From the NCBI GenBank assembly GCA_963840455.1, contig CAWIYV010000014.1:96001-160000 (forward strand): a stretch of DNA of 64,000 bases. The letters are read 5' to 3'. The notes under the pieces are model-generated. The model had not been told where the DNA came from and did no database searches. It worked only from the letters and a program-made list of their open reading frames with translations. A program made the translations under genes and the position numbers. Numbering within the stretch: the first letter of the stretch is position 1; the number at the start of each line of letters is the position of its first letter. Below, piece by piece: positions 22,720-31,608 of this stretch. Source of the stretch: Nitrospirota bacterium (GTDB taxonomy: Bacteria > Nitrospirota > UBA9217).

Positions 22720-23367
22720 TCAATCCTTTCCCGGATCAATCCCCTCCATTCCTTTCACCAGCTTTTTCCAGTCATATTCCAGCAGGTTCATGATCTGGCC
22801 GCGGACGAGTTTTATGGCCTTTGCGACGTCCTTATCCTTGTCCAGATGATAGAACGCCAGCACTGCTGCGAAAGCTCGGTCCGTATATTCTGATAGGGGC
22901 ACGAGGACGTCATGCCGCCGGGTATAATAGGGGTCCTCGCCCGGCGCGCAGGGGGTCGTGAACACATTGAACTGCCTGCACCCGATGGGCCGGAGGGGAT
23001 GGATGGAACAGGACCCCTCGACCAGAAAAGGGCAGGGGGGGCCAATGGCATGAACGGAGAGCAGGTTTTTCAGCGTATCCCGCTGGGGCGGCGTCATTTT
23101 TTCAGATACATACCAGTAGATGCCGACCAGCTCATGGGGGTACACGGGGATGTCCGTCTGGTGCACGCAGCAATTGCCGCACCCTTTGCCGCAGGCCAGC
23201 TTTCTCTTCCCTTGTTTCTCCGCATCCCGGATAGCGATGGCGACGCCGGTATCCGCAACAGCATAAGCGTCGAGGAGGCGGGAGAGCCAGGGGATGCGTT
23301 TCTCATCGTCGGGGAAGTACAATCGGCGGGAAAGGCCAACTGATGACTTCTGCTGGTTTTTTTTCAT
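22720..23367 (-). CDS. YkgJ/CxxCxxCC family cysteine-cluster protein
   Basis: CGKGCGNCC...CPFL...CSIHPLRPIGCRQF. Confidence 0.9.
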   Translation of the reverse strand: MKKNQQKSSVGLSRRLYFPDDEKRIPWLSRLLDAYAVADTGVAIAIRDAEKQGKRKLACGKGCGNCCVHQTDIPVYPHELVGIYWYVSEKMTPPQRDTLKNLLSVHAIGPPCPFLVEGSCSIHPLRPIGCRQFNVFTTPCAPGEDPYYTRRHDVLVPLSEYTDRAFAAVLAFYHLDKDKDVAKAIKLVRGQIMNLLEYDWKKLVKGMEGIDPGKD

Positions 23368-23594
23368 TGATGGCAGGTCCTGAGGTATGGATCAATGAAT
23401 GGCTGAATGTGTTCTGAACAATAACACAGCCATTTGGAAAAAACAACATAATGAGATCGTGGTTGCACAAAGTATTGCTCTTTCCCTTACGCACGACTTT
23501 ACCGGCAATAATCCTCTGCTCTGTGATGCCGATCTGCATGCTCGGATCAGCAGAAATGCATGTGTGCTATACTAGAAGTACAAGGAGGCGGTAT

Positions 23595-24005
23595 ATGCTC
23601 GAGATCATCCTGGGAATCGGCGTTGCCACATTTATTGTGTATACCATATTCAATGTGAATTATATCCTGAGCATGAGACGGACGAGCGAAAGCATGGCGT
23701 CGTTCTTCAGGAACACCGAGGGGAGCCTGAACGCCGCCTTAGGGGAGCTGAAAGAGACGCTTGAAAGCCTGAAGAAGATCACCAATGACGTGGGCGCTGT
23801 GACCGGGGACGTGAAACAGATCTCCAAATCCGTAGCAAGCGTGGAAAGAAGCATACGGGGCGTTTATGATTATATGAAGGAGGGCCTCGGATCTGCCGCC
23901 GGGGCGAACATAGCCGGATTGAGAGCCGGCATAACAACCGGGGTGGTTACCCTGGTGAAAAAAATGCGTGAAGGAAGGAGTGATGATCATGAAAGAGGAA
24001 GTTGA
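23595..24005 (+). CDS. DUF948/YoxC-like membrane-anchored coiled-coil protein
   Basis: SD AAGGAGG; N-terminal TM followed by coiled coil; adjacent to a YtxH-like gene. Confidence 0.75.
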   Translation: MLEIILGIGVATFIVYTIFNVNYILSMRRTSESMASFFRNTEGSLNAALGELKETLESLKKITNDVGAVTGDVKQISKSVASVERSIRGVYDYMKEGLGSAAGANIAGLRAGITTGVVTLVKKMREGRSDDHERGS

Positions 24006-24273
24006 GGTCACAAACGTACGGTCCATCCTGGTCCCCTTCGTGATAGGAGGCCTTGTCGGGGCGGGAGTAGCGCTCCTGCTGGCCCCGAAGGCGGGAAAGG
24101 AACTGAGGAAGGATATCAAGGATATTGCTTTGGACACGCGCGGGAAGATCGCCACGACCGTCGAAAAGGGCAAGGAGCTCTATGTCGACAGCACCGCGGC
24201 GGTCAAGAACGCATTCGAGGCAGGCAAAATGGCGTATATCCAGGAGATGGAAAAACACCGGAAGACCGCATGA
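23983..24273 (+). CDS. YtxH domain-containing protein
   Basis: FVIGGLVGAGVALLLAPKAGKELRKDI. Confidence 0.9.
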   Translation: MIMKEEVEVTNVRSILVPFVIGGLVGAGVALLLAPKAGKELRKDIKDIALDTRGKIATTVEKGKELYVDSTAAVKNAFEAGKMAYIQEMEKHRKTA

Positions 24274-24459
24274 CAAGCACATCGTGAAGCGCGCTCATCG
24301 GCAGGGAGCGCGCTCGTTTTTTGTCCCGCCTGTATATGACCCCTCCCGGAACACCGTTATCTCGGACCGCATGGTGGCATCCGATGGCACGAATGAAAAA
24401 ACAGCGATCACGACCGCTGGCGAGGTCCATTATGCTCGCGGGCCGCGAACTCACGCCGT

Positions 24460-25929
24460 TCAGACCTTCAGCAGTTCCGGATTCGTATGGGGGATGAAGA
24501 CGGCTCCCATGAACTCCTTCATGAACTCGGGGTCGTCATGCATGTGTTTGTACGTGATCTTGTCCACGAGCAGGTCCGCGGTACCGGCGATTCCCGCATC
24601 CCGGAGCAGCATGCGGCAGCCTTCGAGAGATGTGTTGCCCATGGGCTTCACGATCCCGGCCTGCCAGCCCGGCACCATACCGATGCCCGCGGCCTTCTTC
24701 ACGTCGATGCCCGTGCCGAGCGCTCCGGACACGAAGACTCTCTTGATGTCTCTGAACGCGACGCCCACGGAGCGGGTCAGGACGAGCAGCAGTGTGAACA
24801 TAGCGGCCTTGGACCGCATGAAGTTCTGGATCTCGCCCTGAGTGATGAAGAGCGCCTCCGCGCAGTCGCAGTTGACGGAAAAGGCCTTCTCGCCGTCGAT
24901 CTCGATGATGTGTCGTTTGCCGGTGAGCGCGCCGGTCTGGTCGATGATGCCGGCAGTGTACAGTTCGTACAGCAGGCTGACCATGCCGGAGCCGCAGATG
25001 CCTTCGGGCCTTCCCTGGTCGAAGGTCTTGCAGGAGACGCAGTCGCCGCTGATCTCAATGTCGTAAACGATGCCCTTTTTCGCCCGCTTCCCGATGGCTG
25101 AGATTCCCTCTTCAAGCGCCGGCCCTGCGGCACCCGCCCCCACGATCATCCACTCCCGGTTCCCGATCACGACCTCGGCGTTCGTGCCCACGTCCACCAG
25201 GATGGACGGCCTGTCAGAGGTATGCATCCCCGTCGCGATGATGCCGGCGGTGATGTCTCCGCCCACATAGCTGCCGGCGTTCGGGAACACGTACGCCAGG
25301 GCCTCCGGGTTGAGGTCGAGGCCGAGCTCCGCGGCGCTGAAGAATCCCGGCGTCCGGACCACCGGGACCCAGGGGGCTACAGGGATGGTGCTGATATCGA
25401 GCCCCAGCAGGAAGTGGGTCATTACTGTGTTCCCCGCCGCGGCCAGGCCGTGGAGGTCCCGGCCATTGACGCCGGCCTCGCGGCAGAGCGATGCGATAAG
25501 CGTGTTGATGCCGTTCCTGAGGACCCGGTAGATATCCTCGCCGTTGCCGGTCATGGCATGATGCATGCGGGTAAGGATGTCGCTCCCGTACTCGACCTGG
25601 GGGTTTTCGAGAGATCGGGTCACGATGTCCTTCTGCCCGATATTGTCATAGAGCACGGCAACGAGGTTCGTGGTGCCGAGGTCCAGGGCGACGGAGTAGG
25701 AGCGCCGCCGGTCGATGTCGATGAGCCGGTATGTATCGCCTGCCCTGCCGATGATGCATGACAGCTCGCGCTTCCTATTGATGATCGCAGCCGTTGAGCG
25801 GAGGAGCGACAGGGGAATGTGGAGCGGCCCCAGGCCGAGGGTGTCCCGGAGCCGCTGGTCGTGGGCCCGCCGGTCGTCGTCAGAGGGCAACGGGAGCGTT
25901 ATGGTCTTTTGAAAGATGAGCGGTTCCAT
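24460..25929 (-). CDS. ASKHA-domain ATPase (DUF4445/RACo-like reductive activator) lacking the N-terminal 2Fe-2S domain
   Basis: ALDLGTT, YGSDILTR, AAGNTVM, YVGGDI, VDVGTNAE, AAGPALE, GICGSG, GNTSL. Confidence 0.9.
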   Translation of the reverse strand: MEPLIFQKTITLPLPSDDDRRAHDQRLRDTLGLGPLHIPLSLLRSTAAIINRKRELSCIIGRAGDTYRLIDIDRRRSYSVALDLGTTNLVAVLYDNIGQKDIVTRSLENPQVEYGSDILTRMHHAMTGNGEDIYRVLRNGINTLIASLCREAGVNGRDLHGLAAAGNTVMTHFLLGLDISTIPVAPWVPVVRTPGFFSAAELGLDLNPEALAYVFPNAGSYVGGDITAGIIATGMHTSDRPSILVDVGTNAEVVIGNREWMIVGAGAAGPALEEGISAIGKRAKKGIVYDIEISGDCVSCKTFDQGRPEGICGSGMVSLLYELYTAGIIDQTGALTGKRHIIEIDGEKAFSVNCDCAEALFITQGEIQNFMRSKAAMFTLLLVLTRSVGVAFRDIKRVFVSGALGTGIDVKKAAGIGMVPGWQAGIVKPMGNTSLEGCRMLLRDAGIAGTADLLVDKITYKHMHDDPEFMKEFMGAVFIPHTNPELLKV

Positions 25930-26041
25930 GGGGAATGAACTGCAGAGCGTGTGGAGAACAATACCATAGAACATGGGGGAAAGACAAGATAGGAGTCAGG
26001 AGAACACTTACAGCGGATCTCGTCTGAATGCTGGATTCTGG

Positions 26042-27637
26042 CTACTGGCTACTGGCTTCTGAGATAAAGCAGAAGGGGTCCTTGTCCTCGAAGATGTTCA
26101 ACCCACTGCTCAGAGTGCTGGCGAGGCATCCGCCGCAGGCAGGCCGGACCTCGCAGTCGCGGCAGTCCGACGGGCCTAGCCGGTATCGGCGCGCCTCCTC
26201 GCAGTCGTAGATCGTAGCAAGGCTTTGACAGTGGAGATTGCCGATGGGAGAGGGGAGCTTCCGGCAGGCATGGACCTCGCCGTCGGCCAGAAGGGAGACG
26301 AAGTTGAACGCTGCGCCGCATCCGTAGCCCGCGCATCCGCCGAAGAGGTCGACGCCCTTCTCGCGCCGCAGGATGTTGATGAGGTTGTCCTTGATGCCCA
26401 TGACCGGGTTCGTCTCTGCTGCCGCGAGGTAGTCCTCAAGGAACTTCCGGTAGCGCGTCCGGTCAGGGAGCTTGAGGTTCGCGCCTTCACCGAAGAGCGC
26501 GAGGCGGTTGAAGTGGAACACGTCGGCCTTTCCCCGGAGCAGCTCGGCCAGCGGGATGACCTCGTCCATGTTGTCGCGCGTCAGCGTGAGCATCACCATG
26601 GAGTAGATGCCCAGTTCGCGCAGAACGTCCAGGAACGCCATGATGCGGTCGAAATGGCCTGCGCCGCGGATATTGTCGTTATGCTCGCGCAGGCCCTCGA
26701 GGCTCACTTGGAAAAAAACGGGCTGCTGAATCGCCATGATCTCCTCGATGCGGCCGCGGGGAGCGGGATTGCCCAGGATCGCGGTGACGAACCCGCGGTC
26801 CGCGGCTGCGCGGTAGATCTCGTTGAACTGCGGATGGAGCAGAGGATTGCCGCCGGTGAAGGAGACCGCGCCCCGGACCCTCCGGTCCCTGCAAAAGGCG
26901 CGCAGGTCGTCGAGGACACGCACCGCCTGTTCGAGGGTGAGGGGCGAGCGGTCGCTCCGATCGTAGCAGTGCTTGCAGTGCAGGTCGCAGACCTGCGTGA
27001 TGTGCCACTGGAGCGTGAAAGAGTCGGAGGATAGGAACTCCTCGTCGCTAGATCTAACGGCCCTGAAGACCGACGGATCGCGCCGGAGCAGGGAGGGTGG
27101 TGCAAGGAGCAGGCCCTGCCGGACAGCACGATCGATCAACGCGTCCATGGCGCTTACAGTCACCTTGCCCGTGGCAGCCACTGATTCGGTAGAGATGCTT
27201 TCAGCGGCCATCTTGAGCGCAAGGAGATCGTCGTTCGAGGCCGGCTTGATACGGGCCTTCTTTTCCCGCTGGTCGAACCAGAGCAGGATGCGCTCCGGGC
27301 CTTCGACCGGTTCGACCGCCGGCCCCGGGACAGGCTCGAACAGGCCGCACAGTCCGCGCCAATGGACCTCGTGCACCGCCACCGTGGGATTCACGGCCAA
27401 CGCATCGACGGATGAGGGAATGGATGAGGCCCTGCCCCCGACGAGCCAGAGCTCATGCTCGATTCGCAGGAGGTCGTGCAGGTACCCAGGGAGGGCGACG
27501 CCTGCAGCGTGCAGTATGCTGAACAGGGCATCGGGGGCCGGGACCGCATCTGCCGATTTGACGTTCCTGTCCCAGAGGTCCGTGCCAACAACGGACCGGG
27601 AAACCAGATAGAATGCATTTTTCTTGTCGATGGTCAT
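26042..27637 (-). CDS. sbtM: Radical SAM/SPASM peptide maturase of the thio(seleno)oxazole (selenobiotic) family
   Basis: LQWHITQVCDLHCKHCY, FTGGNP, SPASM GGCAGYGCGAAFNF...HACRK...CRDC...CGGC; long N-terminal extension; adjacent Sec-containing precursors. Confidence 0.88.
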   Translation of the reverse strand: MTIDKKNAFYLVSRSVVGTDLWDRNVKSADAVPAPDALFSILHAAGVALPGYLHDLLRIEHELWLVGGRASSIPSSVDALAVNPTVAVHEVHWRGLCGLFEPVPGPAVEPVEGPERILLWFDQREKKARIKPASNDDLLALKMAAESISTESVAATGKVTVSAMDALIDRAVRQGLLLAPPSLLRRDPSVFRAVRSSDEEFLSSDSFTLQWHITQVCDLHCKHCYDRSDRSPLTLEQAVRVLDDLRAFCRDRRVRGAVSFTGGNPLLHPQFNEIYRAAADRGFVTAILGNPAPRGRIEEIMAIQQPVFFQVSLEGLREHNDNIRGAGHFDRIMAFLDVLRELGIYSMVMLTLTRDNMDEVIPLAELLRGKADVFHFNRLALFGEGANLKLPDRTRYRKFLEDYLAAAETNPVMGIKDNLINILRREKGVDLFGGCAGYGCGAAFNFVSLLADGEVHACRKLPSPIGNLHCQSLATIYDCEEARRYRLGPSDCRDCEVRPACGGCLASTLSSGLNIFEDKDPFCFISEASSQ

Positions 27638-27652
27638 GGCAGGATGAGCCCG

Positions 27653-27696
27653 AAAAAATTATATCCCGTGCATGGAGCAAAGTCCATACCCGGGAT
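27653..27696 (-). terminator. Terminator-like hairpin between precursor and maturase
   Basis: Minus strand ATCCCG.GTATGGA-CTTTGC-TCCATGC.CGGGAT followed by ATAATTTTTT. Confidence 0.55.
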
Positions 27697-27760
27697 AAAA
27701 AAGGATGCTGATAGTTGGGGCCATGGCCCCGCGCAGGTGGTCCGGTACTTCGTCTTTTTC

Positions 27761-27776
27761 TCGTGCGACCGCACGA
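27761..27776 (-). promoter_or_regulatory. Bacterial SECIS hairpin
   Basis: UCGUGC-GGUC-GCACGA; the loop starts 21 nt after the last UGA. Confidence 0.75.
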
Positions 27777-28004
27777 TTATTTGGAACCGCTTCAGCTGCT
27801 CTTCGGCGTTTCCTTCTTAGTGCCGCTTCAACTACTTTTTGCCGGCGCCGTCTTCGTCGGTTCCGACTTCAGCGCGCTACCGGTGGGGGCGGACTTGAGC
27901 GTACCCTCCGCTTTCGGGCTTTCCGCAGCAATGAGGCTGGTGCCGGTCAGGAGCCCGGCAATGCCGAGCCCTGCTAAGTACTTTTTGAGATCCTTTGGGT
28001 CCAT
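27777..28004 (-). CDS. sbtA: Selenocysteine-containing RiPP precursor, 75 aa, 2 UGA codons
   Basis: SD AGGAGGT. MDPKDLKKYLAGLGIAGLLTGTSLIAAESPKAEGTLKSAPTGSALKSEPTKTAPAKSS-U-SGTKKETPKSS-U-SGSK-TAA. UGA at 27830-27828 and 27794-27792. Confidence 0.88.
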
Positions 28005-28206
28005 TGGTCATTCACCTCCTTTCCTGGTTCAAGTCTGCATTCTATTCCATTGGTAAATTCGATAGAAAAGGAAAATTACTATCGGCAATACTAACAGTGT
28101 ACCTGTCCGCTGTCAAGGAGATGTGGTGGATGCCGGGATGGCGGAGGCGGTATATGGTATTGATGGGAGCGGCCATTGATGAGGCAATATTGCCGGCTGC
28201 GGTTTG

Positions 28207-28247
28207 AAAAAAGATAGCCCGGACAGGAACTGCGTCCCTGGCTGGGC
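28207..28247 (-). terminator. Intrinsic terminator after the upstream precursor
   Basis: Minus strand GCCCAGCCAGGGAC-GCA-GTTCCTGTCCGGGC then TATCTTTTTT. Confidence 0.6.
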
Positions 28248-28327
28248 GGCATGGTGATATTCTTTTCCGGGCCGTTGTCCGGTCCGTTGCGCATCGTTGT
28301 GCGCCGGTGTAGCCATGTTCCGTGGGA

Positions 28328-28343
28328 TAGTGCGACCGCACTA
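28328..28343 (-). promoter_or_regulatory. Bacterial SECIS hairpin
   Basis: UAGUGC-GGUC-GCACUA; same 21-nt spacing, with a compensatory pair relative to the 27761 copy. Confidence 0.75.
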
Positions 28344-28556
28344 TTACTTGGTGCCGCTTCAGCTGCTCTTGGCAGGGATCTGCGAAGCGTCGCTTTTAGC
28401 GCCACTTCAGCTGCTCTTTGCCGGAGCCTGCTGGGCGTCACCCTTCTTGCCGCCTCAGCCGGTAGAGGCGCAGCCGCCAGCCATCAAGCTGGTGCCCGCC
28501 AGAAGCCCGGCGATGCCGATCCCTGCCAGGAACTTCTTGAGTTCCTGTGCGTCCAT
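28344..28556 (-). CDS. sbtA: Selenocysteine-containing RiPP precursor, 70 aa, 3 UGA codons, possible lipoprotein
   Basis: SD AAGGAGGT. MDAQELKKFLAGIGIAGLLAGTSLMAGGCASTG-U-GGKKGDAQQAPAKSS-U-SGAKSDASQIPAKSS-U-SGTK-TAA. UGA at 28457, 28409 and 28361. Confidence 0.88.
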
Positions 28557-28749
28557 GGTACACCTCCTTTTCCTATAGGGTATGTGCTCCCGAGGATCAC
28601 AATAGGTACCAGCGATCGAAAGTGCATGGCCCAATATAAAAAATAATATCAGTGACACAGGCGTCCTGTCAAGCGCCGACGCCCGATGTTCAGGAGGCCG
28701 CAGTCCTTTCTCTCTACAAAACCAACGGGCAAAGAGTTATAATAACTTC

Positions 28750-29385
28750 ATGAAAAAGTTTATTATCACGTTGATCGCAATGCTGGTCCTGGGAGGGGTG
28801 AATATGGCGCAGGCGGGCGAAGCCGGGAAGGGGTCAGCCGTCACTCCGAAGAATCTGGAGAAGGCAACTTTCGCGGGCGGCTGCTTCTGGTGCATGGAGC
28901 CACCCTTCGAGAAGCTCAAAGGGGTTGATGCCGTCATATCGGGGTACACCGGCGGCAGGACCGAGAACCCGACGTATGAAGAAGTCTCTTCAGGCAGGAC
29001 CGGGCATGCCGAGGCTGTGGAAGTGCATTATGACCCCACTCAGATAACCTACGCCGAACTCCTGGACGTGTTCTGGCACAATATCGACCCGACGACGCGC
29101 GACCGGCAGTTCGTGGACACGGGAAGCCAATACCGGACGGTTATCTTCTATCACAACGAAGAGCAGAAGCGGCTGGCCGAGGAATCGAAGAAGAAATATG
29201 ATGCATCCGGGCGGTTCGGAAAGCCCATTGTGACCGAGATCGTGCCGGTGGGGAAGTTCTACCCGGCAGAGGAATATCACCAGGACTACTACAAAAAGAG
29301 TGCGGTGCGCTACAAGTTCTACCGCTTCAATTCGGGACGTGACCAGTATCTGGAGAAGATCTGGGGCAAGGAGAAGGACCAATAG
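28750..29385 (+). CDS. msrA: Peptide-methionine (S)-S-oxide reductase with signal peptide
   Basis: FAGGCFWC, SGYTGG, GHAEAV, AEEYHQDYY. Confidence 0.96.
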   Translation: MKKFIITLIAMLVLGGVNMAQAGEAGKGSAVTPKNLEKATFAGGCFWCMEPPFEKLKGVDAVISGYTGGRTENPTYEEVSSGRTGHAEAVEVHYDPTQITYAELLDVFWHNIDPTTRDRQFVDTGSQYRTVIFYHNEEQKRLAEESKKKYDASGRFGKPIVTEIVPVGKFYPAEEYHQDYYKKSAVRYKFYRFNSGRDQYLEKIWGKEKDQ

Positions 29386-29471
29386 AAACTGACCTGGAGG
29401 AGGCTGGCATAAGCAGGACAGGGTAAAGGCAGGAGGGTCGGTTTAACGGCCAGGGAGGAGCGACGGACACC

Positions 29472-29570
29472 ATGAACACTATCTTGATCATTGTTGCAGC
29501 ACTCATCATCCTTTATGGATGGGGTGCGGTTTCCTATTACTTCGGTTTCTATAAGAAATCTCCCCTCTGA
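29472..29570 (+). CDS. Small hydrophobic peptide (32 aa)
   Basis: SD GGGAGGAG; MNTILIIVAALIILYGWGAVSYYFGFYKKSPL is a single TM helix with a basic C-terminus. Confidence 0.55.
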   Translation: MNTILIIVAALIILYGWGAVSYYFGFYKKSPL

Positions 29571-29575
29571 GGGAC

Positions 29576-29826
29576 AAAAATATCGCCGGGGGTCCTGGCG
29601 AAGTGGGAGGAGAAGCTAAGATCCGAAGGCAAAGCCGTACCAAAGTGGGTAGTCGACAGAGAGGGGAAGAACTCGTGCTGATACGCCGCATGTCGGGTCA
29701 ACAATAACGATCATGCATGGAAGTCGATACTACACGGACATGTAGCCCGAGCTGAGTCCGGCAATGGTGTTCTGAAACCGGGGTCCAACTCAGGGTGGCC
29801 AGAAACAAACAAAATGGTTTTAATAA
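29576..29826 (-). ncRNA. Candidate structured sRNA of about 250 nt
   Basis: Minus-strand TTGACA-17-TAAAAC promoter (29861-29833), several hairpins, terminator TCGCCAGG-ACC-CCCGGCGA-TATTTTT, no credible ORF. Confidence 0.4.
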
Positions 29827-30079
29827 CTCATTGTTTTAATAAACATTAATCTGCTTGTCAAGAGGTTGAGGTACAAAAAGCGTCACGTATTCAAGACGGC
29901 TTTTTTCCTAAATGTAGGAAGTTGCGCATTATTAAGAAAGAGTTAGCGCTTTTCTTATCTATAAGGTGTATAATATGACTTCTTCCGATGAACCAGACCG
30001 TTCTATCATGAGCAGGAGCACAGTGGCATAATCAGGAACATCCCTTATAATACGAGAAGCTGAACCAGAAGGAGGAATC

Positions 30080-30481
30080 ATGCTGGAGAAATATTTAGCC
30101 GGAGAGAATGTGGTATCCTACTGCACAAAGTGCAAGCTGAACCTTGACCACGTGATCGTGGCCATAGAGGGCGAGGCCATCGCGAAGGTCAAATGCAAGA
30201 CCTGCAATGGCACCCATAAGTTCCGCGATCCCTCGGTCGTGAAGAAGGCCCGGACGCCGCGGAAGAAGGCGGGTTCTCAGGACACCGTGGCGGTCCTGTG
30301 GCAGACTTGCATCTCCCAGTCGAAGGGCAAGGAACTGAACTACAACATGGCCGGACGATACCGGGTGGGGGACATCCTGCTCCATGACAAGTTCGGCAAG
30401 GGTGTGGTCCGCAAGCTCGCCATGAACAAGTGCCATGTCCTGTTCGAGGACAAGGAGCGTCTCATGGCATCGGCCAACTAG
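30080..30481 (+). CDS. Zinc-ribbon-like conserved hypothetical protein
   Basis: CTKC...H...CKTC...H; C-terminal HDKFGKGVV; SD AAGGAGG. Confidence 0.8.
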   Translation: MLEKYLAGENVVSYCTKCKLNLDHVIVAIEGEAIAKVKCKTCNGTHKFRDPSVVKKARTPRKKAGSQDTVAVLWQTCISQSKGKELNYNMAGRYRVGDILLHDKFGKGVVRKLAMNKCHVLFEDKERLMASAN

Positions 30482-30501
30482 TTTCTTTCCAGTCAGATGC
30501 C

Positions 30502-30537
30502 AGCGCCCGGCGTTCTTGCCGGGCGCTTTTTATTTTT
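30502..30537 (+). terminator. Intrinsic terminator
   Basis: AGCGCCCGGC-GTTCTT-GCCGGGCGCT followed by TTTTATTTTT. Confidence 0.85.
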
Positions 30538-30801
30538 CGCGCAACAGTTTTGCCCTCCTCTTTTTAGATTTTCCTGCCGATGTACTATAATCACCGCTCC
30601 TCATGCTCCTGTCTGCCTTCACCATATTCCTGAGCGCGTTCCTGCTCTTTCATATCCAGCCCATGATCGCCAAAATGATCCTGCCCTGATTCGGCAGTTC
30701 GGCCCAGTCTGGATAACCGCCATGCTTTTCTTTCAGACGGTGTTCCTCGAAGGCTAGCGCAGACCACCGGGAAGGACACCGGGGTTAGGAGACGTTCATG
30801 G

Positions 30802-31602
30802 TCATGTTTTATGGAGGATCCGTGCCAGGAAGGTCCGCGTGCGGTCGTTCTGCGGGGATGAGAACAGCTGCTCCGGGGGGGCAGTCTCGATGATGTCGCC
30901 GTTGTCGAAGACCACGATCCGGTCGGCGACCTCCCGGGCAAAACCCATCTCGTGCGTCGAGATGAGTGTGGTCATGCCTTCCTGTTGGACCAGATCCCTG
31001 ATCACTGACAATACCTCGCCGACGGTCTCCGGGTCGAGCGACGCTGTGGGCTCATCAAAGAGCATGGCCCGGGGCTTCATGGCCAGTGCGCGTGCAATGG
31101 CCGCGCGCTGCTGCTCACCGCCTGACAGGGTGCCCGGCCTGCTGTGCGCCTTTTTCTCCAGGTTGATCCTCCGCAGGAACGCAAGGGCCTCTTCCTCTGC
31201 CTTTCCCCGTTCGGTGCCGAGCACATGGACCGGAGCCTCGATGATATTCTCAAGCACCGTCATATGGGGGAAAAGATTGAACTGCTGGAAGACCATACCG
31301 ACCTTGAGCCGCACCTGACGGATGGCCTCGAGGTCATCGCGCGACGGCCGCTCTTGGTTGAGGGAGTGCAGGGCGATCCCGTCCAAGTCGATCTCGCCCT
31401 CTTCGAAGACCTCCAGGCCGTTGATGCACCTGAGGAGCGTGCTCTTGCCGCTGCCCGACGGCCCGATGAGCACGACGACCTCGCCCTGTGCCACGTCAAG
31501 GTCGATGCCCTTGAACAGGCGGTTGTCGCCGAAGGACTTATGGAGATTCCTGACGCTGATCATATCTGTATGAGCCACGGGCTTCACCTCATCCATGTTC
31601 AT
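30802..31602 (-). CDS. Polar amino acid ABC transporter ATP-binding protein (GlnQ-like)
   Basis: [40 protein letters not shown]. Confidence 0.95.
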   Translation of the reverse strand: MNMDEVKPVAHTDMISVRNLHKSFGDNRLFKGIDLDVAQGEVVVLIGPSGSGKSTLLRCINGLEVFEEGEIDLDGIALHSLNQERPSRDDLEAIRQVRLKVGMVFQQFNLFPHMTVLENIIEAPVHVLGTERGKAEEEALAFLRRINLEKKAHSRPGTLSGGEQQRAAIARALAMKPRAMLFDEPTASLDPETVGEVLSVIRDLVQQEGMTTLISTHEMGFAREVADRIVVFDNGDIIETAPPEQLFSSPQNDRTRTFLARILHKT

Positions 31603-31608
31603 CCATGC

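Noticed and set aside
28455-28658. 67-aa ORF ending at TGA
   Set aside because: Wrong start and false stop; the real gene starts at 28556 and reads through UGA.
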